A stretch of 63,701 nt of DNA, filler included, from Dugesia japonica (lineage: Eukaryota): assembly GCA_001938525.1 (NCBI GenBank). It is 5 parts of 5 records of this genome, joined end to end, with 100 filler letters (N's around TTAATTAATTAA, not from the genome) between each part and the next. Parts side by side here need not be neighbours in the genome. Positions count along the whole stretch, not along the records: positions 12,850 to 28,291 come from MQRL01582560.1; positions 28,392 to 37,946 come from MQRL01634247.1; positions 38,047 to 53,224 come from MQRL01218311.1; 2 more parts are not named here. One strand, 5' to 3'. How positions within the stretch are numbered: position 1 is the stretch's first letter; each line of letters starts with the position of its first letter. Under the pieces are notes generated by a model. It saw nothing but the letters and a program-made list of their open reading frames with translations, was not told where the DNA came from and made no database searches. Positions 27,100 through 40,600 of this stretch are shown here, piece by piece. A program made the translations under genes and the position numbers.

Positions 27100-28270
27100 A
27101 ATTTATATTTGAGTTGTATTGGATTGATAGACGTGAATCAAGGGCATCAACATAGAAACGATTTTTGTTTCAAATATTGTGCAAAAGCGAAGGAATTCTC
27201 TCGACTTTGGTTGATGTACCAGCAAAACCAAATCTAAATTCGACTAATTTTTCCATTTTGACTAGAGCTTTTGAATTTTTCCGAAAATTAATAAAATTTG
27301 TAATCCAAAAGTTTTCAGGAGATAATTTTGGATCTATCAAGCTTGAACTATTACTTTCAACAAAACCTTTCATTGGACCGTATTCATCAAACAACACATC
27401 TCTATCAACCTTGTCATGAAATATTTCACCATATTTCTTTGCTGCATAAAATATTGTTAGTTCAATTTCATTCAAAGAACGATATTTAAACTTAAGGATC
27501 CACATAAATACTTCCGTTCCATACAGTTCGATTTCCCAAAGTTTAAGATAATTAAATGGTTTCATACAATTTTCTTTTCCCCTTGTTTATGACAAGATGG
27601 AACAAGCGTTTGGAATTCAAATTGTGACTCTCGAGGAAATACTTCATAACGTTGTCGATTAGCCAATTCTTTTCTCAGTATTTTCATTTGATTGGAAACT
27701 TCAAATGTTTTTTACATTTGATGATTCCATGAAATGAGTTGATTGATGATTAAAACCAAACATTTACTTGTTGGATTGCTGAAAAGTTTTTGTATAGTTG
27801 GAAGACAGCATGATAGTCTTTTAATGCTTGTAAAAATTCGATGAGTTCAAGCAAGCGGAATTGTGTACATGAGTGATTCAAAAGCGGCATTTGAATATGA
27901 TACATTTTTTCGAAAAATGTCTTGAAATTTTCTTTGCGAACTGTATAGATATTAAAATGTTTACAAAATTTTACAATTACTACATCTATGTCAATTTCTA
28001 AAATTTCAGATCCAGCACTTGATGCAATGTTAGTGATATGAGCGCCAAATCCATTTCCTATAATATTGTGTTTCACCTCATTCTGAATTTTTCTCCAAAC
28101 ATTATTCGTTCCATTTCTATTTACACTTCCGAAATTTATTTGTGTTATCTGCCAAATACGCAATAATTTTGTCTTTTAATTCGTTTTGTTTGAATGACAT
28201 TTATAAGACTATAACAAACTGTTGGTGAGTGCTTTTTAGGAATTGATATTATTGTTACTCTCCAATTGAT
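27100..28270 (-). pseudogene. hAT transposase relic
   Basis: Motifs TQINFGSVNRNG.NNV, IGNGFGAHI (CxxH region), LLNHSCTQF (TRW region) and the dimerisation motif GTSTKVERIPS (cf. SNAxxERxFS). Confidence 0.75.
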
Positions 28271-28706
28271 GATACCTATAGTTGGATTAAANNNNNNNNN
28301 NNNNNNNNNNNNNNNNNNNNNNNNNNNNNNNNNNNTTAATTAATTAANNNNNNNNNNNNNNNNNNNNNNNNNNNNNNNNNNNNNNNNNNNNTAGAAAAGT
28401 TTCTTCGGTATTTTATTTTAATAATTTATAAGATTTAATTTTTGAATAAGTTTTTTTAAAAACCGGCATCAAGTTATACTTTTCATTTTCTTAATGAATA
28501 GATAATAACTGCTTGATTTATTATCATTTGAGGAATAATGATTGATTTGATTTCATTGACAATAAAATATTTGCAATTTTTAAGTTTTAAATGCTGAATA
28601 AATTTTATTGAAATTTTTCAAGGTGTTTGTAAAAATATCATAGAATAATATAATTATTTTATCATTTAATAATTAATTTGTAATATAAAATATTGCGTGT
28701 TTCTAG

Positions 28707-28962
28707 AGAATCTAGAATTTATATCTAACATGGAAGATCTAATAGTAAACTCAATGAATCAAAACTATTCGCAATCACCAGCAGAAACTTTATCGATAGA
28801 TAATACTATTAAATCAAATAATCCAAACCAAATCAATCTTCTTGTTTCCAAAGAATTAATGGGCAGCAGTAGTCTTCTGAGTGTCGGCGGATTCAACATG
28901 GTTATTGATTGTCCGAATTTTACATCTGCTAGCTGTGACAGATATTTTAAAGACATACCAAA
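28707..28962 (+). CDS. Internal exon of a MAP1A/1B/1S / futsch-family microtubule-associated protein (conserved N-terminal domain)
   Basis: Acceptor ttctag ends at 28706 and donor GTGAGT is at 28963. The peptide LMGSSSLLSVGGFNMVIDCP..SCDRYFKDIPK resembles MAP1B GDSALFAVNGFNMLINGG..SCFWKLIRHLDR. Upstream exons are not identified and may lie beyond the contig spacer at 28336. Confidence 0.8.
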
Positions 28963-30484
28963 GTGAGTCAATCAGTTAGTTTTTATGTATACTAATGATT
29001 TGTTTCTTATAAATTATCAATTGCCGTTGTAATAGTTATTATATTTAAGGATTTAGTGTATAATACACGTCAAAACCTTTAGATAAACAAAAATATTCAC
29101 AGAAAAACAATATTTGAAAAAAATATTTTACATGTAACATTTCCAATTTGATTTTCAAAATATGAATTTTTTTTTGTTAAAAATTCAAACACTATATCAT
29201 TTATTTTTAATAGAAAGTTTTCAATTTAAATATGATTAGTTCTTTTTTTGAAATCACTCTTTTTGTCTTCAACATTGTTGTAATTCATTGTGGGTTGTGT
29301 TATGTTGAAATAATGAAAAAAAAAGTACATTTTAAAATTAATGAAAATGAAAATAAAATAAAATATTATTTATCCCTCATCTTAAAAAACTTTTGGAACA
29401 ATTTGAAAGTAGATTTCAGCAATTTACTATTATAGAACCAGTGGCTACATTTTTTTGTTAATCTTTTTGCTGCATTGGCATTACTGAAACTGCTAAAACT
29501 ACAGCAGAACTTCTTCAAAGTGACAAAATGAAAATTGAAGAATAGATTTTAGATTTTCAAATTGATATTATATTAAAATCTTACGATACGGATGAAAACA
29601 AAAATTCAAATCTTTTGGTAGAGATTAATAAAATTTCACCAATGCATTACATATATTTAGAAAATTAATAATTTTCATTCGTCTTTCGCTATTTTAATTC
29701 ATACGATTAACTAACTCAATGTAACTTTCAGATGTAATAAATGAAGATCTCTAATATTTCTGTATTATTTGATTATTTTATGTAATGATCAATCAGTAAA
29801 TGATGTTAAAAATTTAAACTTGATTTCTTTTCTTGTCTAAAGTAATCGTAATATTAAATAATATGTTATTAAATTATTGCACTNNNNNNNNNNNNNNNNN
29901 NNNNNNNNNNNNNNNNNNNNNNNNNNNNNNNNNNNNNNNNNNNNNNNNNNNNNNNNNNNNNNNNNNNNNNNNNNNNNNNNNNNNNNNNNNNNNNNNNNNN
30001 NNNNNNNNNNNNNNNNNNNNNNNNNNNNNNNNNNNNNNNNNNNNNNNNNNNNNNNNNCTACGATAACAATGATTTAAAATATTAAAAAAAATGTAATTAA
30101 ATTTTTTGAAATAGCAGCCAATTTCTTGATTGGGAAATTTTATTTTATTTTAAAATACCACCATAAACTTCCGATTATTCTTGGTGGAAAAAATACATAC
30201 GGATAATCCAAATTTTTTTTATTATTAATTAAAATATATTTTCATAATTATATATAATTATAAAGAATATTAGCGGGTTGTAACATAATTTTTCGTGATT
30301 TTTTTAATTGTAGCGTATTTAACCACATCATTTTTATTATTGAAAAATAACAATTATTTTAAATCCCTTTTTGCGCTCTACAAAATCTCAGTAATTTTTA
30401 TGTCAGCAAATTTCATTTAAATCTTAGAGGTTTTAGAAATGCAATGCCAAGTAGATAAAAAAANNNNNNNNNNNNNNNNNNCCA

Positions 30485-30725
30485 GATTACACATACATCA
30501 ATAAACGTCAAATAATGAAAAGAGCTCCAATTGGAGATGCTTCAACACTCTTTTACTATATATTTTTGTTCACTGTCAAATAAAATGATGTTTATAACCT
30601 TTAACAATAACGATTGATATGGGAAAGCGGCTCAACAAATTCTTCACCAGGCCTAGTGAATTCTGGCGTAATGGTATCAAGAGTTTGGCTTGAAACAGGT
30701 CATAAATAATGACTGAGATTACATT
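30485..30725 (+). pseudogene. Mariner C-terminal relic inside the MAP1 intron
   Basis: KELQLEMLQH and NKFFTRPSEFWRNGIKSLA resemble the mariner C-terminus. Confidence 0.55.
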
Positions 30726-30898
30726 ACTGATTAGCTTGTTATTGTTGTAAAAAGAATTGTTCTAAATAAGTGTTTTAAATTATTATTAAAATCACGGAAA
30801 ATTATTTTACCTCCCAATAATATGAAATATAAATATTTTATATGAATATAAATATGACAGTTTAAGAAATGCAAATTTATTGAATTTAAAATTAAATG

Positions 30899-31124
30899 TA
30901 TTAGGATGTTTTAATATTATACATAAAAATTTTATGAAAAGTTTCATAAAAGTTTTATTTAATAATAATTTAAGAAATTTAAAATAAAAAAAAGAAAATA
31001 ATTAAAACAATTAATCTGTTTTAATATTGCTGTTTTGTTAAAATAAATTTTTCACTAGACTTCTTGTAACTTATTAATAAATATTTATGGATGGAAACTG
31101 CAGAAAGTATAGCAGCGGCTAATA
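30899..31124 (+). repeat. 5' LTR
   Basis: Direct repeat of 33961-34173 with scattered substitutions and indels. Confidence 0.9.
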
Positions 31125-33960
31125 TGGCGTTCCACACAAGTGCGACAAAGGATCTGCTTGTACAAGATTTGAGGCCAAAAACATATTATAAAGGAGATCA
31201 CGTTGAGAAGTTTATAGTCAAATGCCGAAAGTATTTCGATGCAGCAAACGTATCCAAAAGTACCAGAGAACTGNTAATTGTAGGCCTACTTGATGATAAA
31301 TTGAGGAGAAGATTCGAAAAAACCGATAATGGACATGGTTACGAAGATAGACTAAGACGTTTATTCGTCAAGGAAAAGTTATTTTTTAAGGATATTGAAA
31401 GCGTATTGTCATACAGACGACAAGAAGAGGATGTTGGCAGCTTTGTGGAAGAAATTGACAAGATGGTTGGGTTAGTGATGGCATATAACGATAAGGAAGA
31501 AATGAGGAAAGAACTTCTTATTAAAATAATTAACGTTTATTGATGTGTGTGTAATCTGGCGTTGTCTAAAATATTGTTTTTTTATCTACTTGGCATTGCA
31601 TTTCTAAAANNNNNNNNNNNNNNNTGAAATTTGCTGACATAAAAATTACTGAGATTTTGTTGTGATAGCGGCAAAATTAAGAAAAATGTAACAATCCAAA
31701 ATATTAAAGATTCGGACGGCATTATTACGCTTATACGAAACATTGATAGAATTGAGGATAAAGAGTCAATAAATGCAATCCGTCCCAGTTTCAGAGGAAC
31801 CCTAATGAACAATAACCAACAATACAATAATTTCAAACGACGAGAGGATTACCAGACAAGCAGAAATCCAAGGCTGGTGGACAACAGACAAAAGGAGATA
31901 TTATGTTACGGTAGCAATAAGCCGGGTCATATAAGAAAAGACTGCCCATTGACACTCATAAGAAAATGTTGCGGATGCGGATCGACCGAACACATAAGGC
32001 GTTTTTGCATGAAGATAAAATTCCTAAAGTGTACACTTAATGGACATCGATGATCAACAGAGTTTTTAAGGAACTGACCAATATAGTAATACAGAAAGCA
32101 GATGTACAATTACGATGTGCTAACAATTCGATAATGGAAACGTTAGGACAGGTGGTGGTTGAGCTATGTATTGAATAACAAAGAGAAATGTTTAAATATA
32201 CGATAGTAAAACATGCGTGTCCAAATATCATAGGAGGAATTGAGCTACAAAAGCAATTTGGCTTTGAGTTACAAAGAAGATCAAGCGAAGAGAATGAAAT
32301 ACATATCGGTGTTTTAGAAGCAAAATTTGGAAGACTCATATCGGACAAAGTACGAGAGCAGCAGGCTATAAGGATAATTCAACCAAACAAAGAAGCACGA
32401 AAGATAATAGTAGCTAATAAACGAGCCTTCATGGCTGACGATTGGGATATTGGATGTACCATGCTCGTGAAGCATAAAATAATAAGGAAAAAAGAGCCAA
32501 TCAACATAAAGCCATGGCGTCAACCGATAAACTTAGAAGACGAATTTGAAAAAACATTACCGAACTTAGAAGAGAACGTCATCATCAAGAAATGTAATTC
32601 AAAATGGAATATGCCACTAGTTTGCATATGGAATAGAGAAAAGAAAAGGCTGAGATTATGTTTGGACTTTCACCAGCTGAACCAAATATCGGAGAGACAA
32701 GCATATCCAATGCCAAACACAGAGGAACTGCTAGATAGATTAAATGGAGCCCGTTTTTCAACACAATTGACCTAGGCAATGCGTATTATTAGGTTAAATT
32801 GGAGAAATCGTCACAGGAAAAAACAGCGTTTTCAACCAAAAAAGTTCAATACTGTTTCACAAGGATGCCGTTCGGAATTGCCGCAGCACCGGTACATTCC
32901 AAAAATTGATGACAAACGTACTGGGAAGCAGACCTGAAGCTATGGTGTATATGGATGATATTTTAATTTATTCCGATAATGCCATGGACCATTTCAAGAC
33001 ACTCGACACTGTGCTGAAAGAAGTAACCAAATCTGGATTACGTATCAAACCCAAGAAATGCAGTCTCCTGCGGAAAAAGGTAAAGTTTCTAGGACATATA
33101 TTGAACGAAAATGGCATCCGAATAGATCCTACAAAAATGTAAATTATNNNNNNNNNNNNNNNNNNNNNNNNNNNNNNNNNNNNNNNNNNNNNNNNNNNNN
33201 NNNNNNNNNNNNNNNNNNNNNNNNNNNNNNNNNNNNNNNNNNNNNNNNNNNNNNNNNNNNNNAGAAACAAAGACAAACTAAAGAGACACTACGTAGAAAG
33301 AAATGTATACTAGCCATAATAGATCACTTTAGTAAATATATATCAATGTTGGCCATAGGAAGACAGGATGAAGAAACCATATGCAAAATAATCACGGAAA
33401 AATGGATCCTACGGTTTGTAGCACGAAAAGATATACATACGGATTGCGGAAAGACCTTCGAATCAAAGGCGTTCAAGGATATGGCATACAGAATTGACAT
33501 AGAGCTATGTTACTTGAACCCACACCACCACTGGACAAATGGCTTGGTTGAGAGACAATTCAGAACCATCAAGGACTGCATAAATGCATCTGGAAAAGCA
33601 AATTAGGACAATAATATTTCAGAATTAGAGTTGATGATGAACGCCACATATCAAAAGACTATTAAAACTAGCCCAGCAGCGATGCTGTATGGAAGGGAGA
33701 TTCGAAGAGAAAGATGTATCGATCATGAAGACGTAGAAGAGAAATTGATCAGTGGAGAATTATACAACAACCCAGAGTTTTCAAAATTGGTCAGAAAGTA
33801 TTGGTGAAAAACGAAGTACGGTCAAAGGATAAGGAAACATACGATGGCCTATACGAGATAAAGGAATAGATTCGTGAAAGCAGGTACAAGCTAGAAGACA
33901 AGCAATGAAGAGTAATATACAGAAATGTAAAAAAAGTTGAAATTTCTTAACGAAGGAGGA

Positions 33961-34173
33961 TGTTAGTATGTTTTAATATTATACATAAAAATTTTATTTA
34001 ATAATAATTTTAATAATAATAAGAAATTTCAAATAAAAAAAGAAAATAATTAAAACAATTAATCTGTTTTAATATTGCTGTTTTGTTAAAATAAATCTTT
34101 CACTAGACTTACTTGTAACTTATTAATAAATATTTATAGATGGAAATTGCAGAAAGTATAGCAGTGGCTAACA
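33961..34173 (+). repeat. 3' LTR
   Basis: TG...CA ends with 6-bp inverted termini, preceded by a polypurine tract. Confidence 0.92.
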
Positions 34174-34218
34174 AAATGAATGAATACTTATAATCAATTG
34201 TTAGTATATAATCTAATC

Positions 34219-34653
34219 CAGTGTTTCCCAAAGTTTTTGCAAAGTGTCTCTTTTCTATTTTTAAATACTCCAATCAAAATTAAAATTTGTAAATTCTTAC
34301 TTTTCAACTAAAAACAGTAAAAGTAAAACAGCCAACAGTGCTAATGTTTAATATTATCTCTTTAATTACTTAAACTATAAATCACATAATACAGTAAGAA
34401 ATATTATTAATATTCTGTTTTAGATTTTAATATTTTTACCTAATAATTCTACACAATTATTATTTCTCCCTCCGTTACAAGGCAATATAAAAAAATAAAT
34501 AAATAAAATATTTATTCCTAACTCACATATTAACACTTTACATAATCTCATTTCTCATTAAGGGCTTTTCAAAGATTCAAAATTCATTGACGTACCCTTT
34601 ATATTTTGTTTTATACCTTTTAATGTATTCNNACCCCACTTTGAAATACACTC
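34219..34653. mobile_element. hAT (Charlie/Buster-like) MITE
   Basis: Ends cagtgtttcccaaagt ... actttgaaatacactc. The flanks atctaatc / atgtaata match at 6 of 8. Confidence 0.6.
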
Positions 34654-34948
34654 ATGTAATACTAACAATAAATATACTTAAAATATTTGAAAATATATTG
34701 AGGTTATAAAAAGATTAAAATTTGATTTTAATTTTGATTCGACAAATATTATCTTAAATACTTAAGTTTCTGTAATTAAAGAATTCATTTTTTAAAAACA
34801 TGAATTGAATCCGTTGAATACTTAACCAAATAATTCGTCAACAAATAATCGAGAAATTACTGTATTTATTTGGAAAATAACAGTTATATCTATAATTAAA
34901 CTTTTCTGCATTTTATTTCATTATTATCTTAATTTTTGTATGATTTAG

Positions 34949-37946
34949 AATAGATACTTTCTTGTTGACATCCTGGAATGTGTCCAACTCTTTAGCTTTT
35001 TACAATATGTTACAATATCACCAAATGTCATCAGTCGGTTATTTTATTCTACCACAAGCCAATCAGAAACCCCATGTCAAATCAGAAGGAAATTCAAATA
35101 ACTTATTTTCAATTGACTTTAAAAATATTATTAATGAAATTATGACTTCAGTAAAAAAATCCGATAGTTCTCTGTCACAGCCTTTAGCCGACATGAAAAA
35201 GAATTACAAGTTATTTTATAAACTTGGGTCAGGTACTCTTCAGATGTTTTGTATATTTCCACCGACAAAAGATCTTTTTAAACCTTTGAAGTCTTTATAT
35301 GAAGCATGGGATAATAACAAGGAAAATTTATCATTTGAAAAATTATTGTGTGATACATCATTATCTTGTATACTTGTTTGGAATTCTGATGACAAACAAA
35401 AACCTCTGCGTATTTTAGTTACTGGAAGTTGTCATGAAATTACATTAATTAAATCCCTGGCTACATTTTCCAAGACAGATTCTTTGCTGAATNTATTTAA
35501 TGAAAATAAATTTCCAGAATCTAAAGAAACAAAACCATGTCGAATTGAAAATACTGCAAAATCTAAAACAGTAGAATTGGAAAAATCAAATCAAATAAAA
35601 AAAGTTATTCAATCTCCACAAAAATCATTCACTAGAACAATATCTGAAACTCACAAAACAACATCAAAACGACCAATAATGCCACCAAGGTCTAGAACTG
35701 TAGAAAGATCAAAACCTGATTCTGTAAATAAAAAGGTACCAATAAAAGGCAAAACCATTAAACCTAGTATTGAAGATATTAATAAAGTCAAACCGATCAA
35801 AGTTGTTAAAGAAGCGTCGCAATCTATCGAAAATGTAAAAGTTATTGAATGTAAAAGTAAGGAATTATCATCTGATAATATCACAAATGAAGACACATTA
35901 ACTAATATTGGCTCAATGGAAATACTTGGAGGAGTTGAGGATTTTGCTTATGTATCTGATTTAGATGGGACGAACAACAAAATGGAAGTGAGTGAAGAAA
36001 TTAATCAATTGGACGATGCTGAAAGAAATGCAAAATCTAAACGAGATAATTTTATAGAAAATGAAAATGTAATCACTGGTTTACAAGAGATATGCAAAAA
36101 CAATAGCAACATTGAAGTCAACATTACCGATGAAATTGAAAACAAAATGAAAATGGTCGAAGAAAATATTACTGTTACAACTGTAGAAGGTCAACATTCA
36201 GAATTTATAGCACAGACTCACGATACTGTAAAGATCAGTGTAATAAATGACAGCAGAGATTCAGATATTTTTGACCAGATAATATCAACAGAAATAGATT
36301 CCGACCAAATTATGAATGATTCATTAAATAAAAATGAATTCAATGACAAAACTTTAACTAAAAACACAGAAAATACAAATCTGAAAAGTAATACAGAATT
36401 TGACGAATTCGATATGGAAGTAGTTGAAAAGAAGGAAATTGATTTTCAAGAAATCATCCAATCCAATAACGTTGATACAGTAACAAATATCACTGAAGTT
36501 GAGCAGTTTGAAGTTGTTGATTTTGTCGAAATAAAACCAAGTTCAACCGAAGAAATAGAGATACATGAAAAGTTAGAAATTGATAGTGAGAAGGCAGAGA
36601 TAAAGAATCAAAAATTGCTTGGTGGAGATATAGAAAATATTACAGAATTATTGGACGAAAAAATTAATGAAAATGAAAGCACAAAATCAATTGAAGCAAC
36701 TGAAATTAGTAATGGAAGTGAAGAATTTGAAGTTATTGAAAAAATGAATGAAACAGCAGTGGAAAAAAAATTAGAGACACCAATAGAATCTTTTTTAGAC
36801 TCCAAAAAAAATGAAATACTTGAAGATATCAGAGATGTAATGGTTCAAGAAGGTGATGATGAATTCTTGAATACCAGTCGACGTGATAAATCAGAATTAG
36901 AAATTAAAGATAAAATAGAAGTAAGGGTTAATAATAAAAATAAAGAAATTTCTCAAAATATAGAATCAGAAATAATTGAAAAAGTTGGACAATTATGGAC
37001 AATTGTTGATGAACCAATTAGAGTTCCTGAAGAACTTGAATTGAATTTGATCAATAAAAAAAATAAAACATCAAATGAGTTGAATGTTGAAGCGANTTCT
37101 ACTGCGCATAAAGATAATATTCAAAATGAGGTTGTAACCGACTCACTCTTAAATACTATCATTGAACCGGAAAATAACACAGAGAAAATAGAAATAATAA
37201 CCAATGAATTAGAAGATTTTAAAGAAAAAGAAGAAAGTGATATTTTAGAAATTGATAATCAGAAAAATCAAGAAGATGATAATTTGGATGATTTGGAAAA
37301 CGATCTAATTGAGGATTCGAAAATCCAAGAATCCATTGAATCAGAATCAATAAACGAGGAAAATAAAAATGAAACCGATATCAAAAGCGAAACTTCTAAA
37401 AATGTTAAAAATCTGAATTCTCTATTAACAACTAAAGTTGAAAACAATGAAGAATTAAATAATGTTGAGAATATCGTAATTGATGATTCAGAAATAGACA
37501 TAAAGTTTATAGAATCGGATAACAATGATAATGTTATTACTGATAATTCAGAAATCAAAGAAACTTTTGAAACAGAAATAATAAATGAAGATAAAAATGA
37601 AAATGAAGTACCTATTAAAAATAATGAAAATAAAATCGAAGATGAGAGAGCAGAAATCAATACTTTTGAACATAATGAAGAAACAAATGAGGAAACTAAG
37701 GAATTGAGTAGTAGAAATTTATTTGAAGTTTCAAAAGATTCTGTTGAATCAGAAGCAATAAATAAAGAAAACGAAACAAAGATTAAGAAATCAGAAAATA
37801 TTTTAGATTCTGATATACTGCTGACACATGACGAAAGCAATAAATTAGAGATAAATAATAAAAAAGATAAAAAAAATGAAGGATTGGAAAATGATGAAAA
37901 TGCTGTAAAAGAAATTGTAGAAATCAATGATACTACTGAACATAAG
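34949..37946 (+). CDS. Large exon of the same MAP1/futsch-family gene: conserved domain followed by a Lys-rich and then long Glu/Asp/Asn-rich low-complexity region; truncated at contig end
   Basis: Acceptor tttag ends at 34948. The phase-2 splice gives ...DIPK-IDTFLLTSWNVSNSLAFYNMLQ (cf. MAP1B DRVDSILLTHIGDDNLPGINSMLQ). LFYKLGSGTLQMFCIFP and SLSCILVW..KPLRILVTGSC resemble MAP1 LYHKxGxGRLDMYVLNP and SITALVVW..KIVRVLFPGNAP. The frame is open for about 1000 codons. Confidence 0.85.
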
Positions 37947-38046
37947 NNNNNNNNNNNNNNNNNNNNNNNNNNNNNNNNNNNNNNNNNNNNTTAATTAATT
38001 AANNNNNNNNNNNNNNNNNNNNNNNNNNNNNNNNNNNNNNNNNNNN

Positions 38047-38108
38047 GAAATCTTAAATGCGATCAATGGCTGAGTCCAACAATTATTCTCACAATAATTG
38101 TAATTATA
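38047..38108 (+). repeat. Inverted partial copy of the hammerhead-repeat family at a contig start
   Basis: Reverse complement of 10655-10715. Confidence 0.75.
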
Positions 38109-38149
38109 AAGAATGATAATCAAATGATCATAAAAGAGCTCAGCGCATT

Positions 38150-39149
38150 ACATGAAAAATAACTTCTCAAGTTACATAACATCATTACCTGACAAAATGA
38201 TGATTTAGTAAAGATCGGAGGCTAATTTAGAATTCTTAAGTTACAAGAGGCTTTCTGGCTGATTACTGGCCTAAAAATCCCACCCGAAGAAGGAGTGATA
38301 TTCATCACGAGGTGTTAACCANNNGACAAGATTAGACCATAAAACGGATGCCTCTAATTAAGGCAAATATGGACAAAGCAAGCTCTCTTTTAACAAGCAA
38401 TTGACCATGCCTGCTATAAGCAATTAAACTATTTGCTATTCAAGGATCTCATTGTTCTGTAATTATGATATACTTAATGTTGGTTTGATTGAATAATTGG
38501 TCAAGGAATGATTGAACGGTTTATTTGCGTTTGTAGGATGGTTTTAGTAACTCGGCAAAAGTTTTAAGTTGGCCTTTTCATAGGCGTTCCTGCTCATTAG
38601 AGAACATGGCTTCTTTGCTGAACTATTTACAGCGCTTTTTGTGATGACACGTTTTAGCCTGAGCGGTGGAGACTGCAGCTTCCATTTACCGTTTAGCCAA
38701 TTTGTTTAGCTCCAGGGTCATTTTCTGTTCATCGCTATCACTTTTATATTTCTTCGTGGAAGTCGACGATTTTTTAAGGGGTTTGCTTACTTAAAAAGAA
38801 GTAGATCATTAACAGTTGAGATTAAAGTATACAATAGTTGGACCCTATAAAAATTGAGTTTAATATATTAATAAAAGATAAAAGACTGTTTAATTTTAAA
38901 GACTTATTTATTTAAAATATGTCAGCGGGTAATTTTCAAAGTCTTCAGTAAAAAATGGTGTTAGATAAGCTGCAGAATCTAAGTGCCTTATGAAACTGAG
39001 GGGCCAATTTTGGTAAAGTCAGCGCTCTGTGTGTCTTTTCCACTTGAATTATTTGCTCCTGTGAAAACAGATTTTGTCGGTCTTGCAGAATGCCCGCATC
39101 GCCATTGAATGGATTCCATACTTGGCGAAAAACTATACGGTGGTTAACG
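38150..39149 (-). mobile_element. Probable piggyBac-like relic
   Basis: Locally higher GC. The minus strand has a heavily decayed V.SFLDQLFNQ...GMV...CPYLP region resembling the piggyBac DESM..KGR..QYLP segment. There is a TTAA-CC end at about 39149. Confidence 0.35.
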
Positions 39150-39368
39150 AGGGGATAAAATCTCTATTTACTTTATGTCACTAATAAAAGAAATTGAAAC
39201 ACACAATTATGCGCTAGGCATCTTAATTATATGTTATGCTCAGAAGTCTTCAGCAGAAACATCTCCGCGAAACATGCTAGATCAGTTTCACCAGGGTGTT
39301 CGGGGTTCAGAGAATGTACTAATTATTGGTAACATCGCACCAGTTCTCGTTTATGTCGTTTGTATCTT

Positions 39369-40600
39369 CTATAATGTAATGTCTGTCATGAACTTTCCTC
39401 TTGATCTTATAGAGGAANNNNNNNNNNNNNNNNNNNNNNNNNNNNNNNNNNNNNNNNNNNNNNNNNNNNNNNNNNNNNNNNNNNNNNNNNNNNTATATCT
39501 CTTTATATTGATCTTTGTGCTCTTTATGAGAATCAGTTTTGTACCATTTTGTCTGCTTATTCTCTTTCCAAATACGATTTCAGCAGGGCTTTTCCAGATG
39601 GTCTTCTGTTTTGTAGCATTCAAGGTAAATTCTATTTCGCTGCAAAACATCAGTCCAATCTGAGGGTTTTTTTAAGTGTCGCATTTATCATATCTCACAT
39701 AGTTCTTAACTGTCTCTTGATTTGCCAATTTGTGTTATGATGACATGAACTTAGAAACCTGAGGGTAATTCCATGTTCAGCTGCAAAATCTTTCATTGAT
39801 TTAGACTCAAATGCTCTTCCACAATCAACTCTAATTTCATTCATATACTCGAACTTTAATATCCACTTCTCCAATATTGCTTTACATATGGTATCTTCAT
39901 CTTGTCTTGACATTGCCATCAAGGCTACATACTTACTGTATTGATCTATTATACCTAGAACATATTTTCTTCAGCCTCTGGTCTCCGGCAGTGGTCCAGT
40001 TCAAATATTTCGGCTGGCTGTGTCTTTTTCGTTTCTTCCTTCGTGTTTGTTGTCAACAATTTAGCTTTCTGGCATGTTATACGTCTTTGGACAATTTCTT
40101 GTACTATGCTCCACAAATGTTTCGCGTTATATTTATGCTTCATATACGCTGCTACCTTTTTTGTTCCAGAATGTCACAAAAGATGGTGTATCCTCATTAT
40201 AACTTTTTCTTCTTTATCATCAGGTATCCATGTTCCTTCATTATTTTCACCAAAATTGCATTGTTTCTCTAGATTATTTACTGTATTTAACATCCTTTTT
40301 TTTAATTTTCCACTTTTAAGATCTTCGTGTGACATTAGATATTTGTACGTGTATAGCATTTACTCCTCGACAACATGTCTGTATTTGTATGAAGCGATCC
40401 TTTTTTATATTCCAATTTTATATTTAAACTTCTCAAATAATTAATTAATAATTAAATCATTTACTTATTTCTGGAAAATTTAATATTGGAGACATCATTA
40501 TTGCTTCTTTCATTCCATTAAAAACATCTTCTAATTCAAAAATCTCAGGAATGCTTAACAAACTCAAAAAAAAATTAGGTTTTATAATTTTCATCCAAAT
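39369..40600 (-). mobile_element. Degraded Ty3/Gypsy fragment (RT connection plus integrase)
   Basis: Motifs MKEAIMMSPILNFP, RIHHLL.HSG, CQKAK, SRQDEDTICKAILEKWI, VDCGRAFES and SPAEIVFGK. Same clade as the 21.4 kb and 30.9 kb copies. Confidence 0.88.

Larger units (their letters stand above)
30899..34173 (+). mobile_element. Ty3/Gypsy LTR retrotransposon with both LTRs and TSD, inserted in the MAP1 intron in sense orientation
   Basis: 5' LTR at 30899-31124 and 3' LTR at 33961-34173 (TGTTAG...CTAACA). TSD AAATG at 30894-30898 and 34174-34178. PBS-like TGG at 31125 and PPT gaaggagga before 33961. Gag with CCHC knuckles, RT YMDD and an integrase core. Stops, deletions and N gaps present. Confidence 0.95.

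Noticed and set aside
35651-37927. Minus-strand Ser/Phe/Ile-rich ORFs
   Set aside because: Antisense shadows of the Glu/Asn/Lys-rich MAP1 exon.
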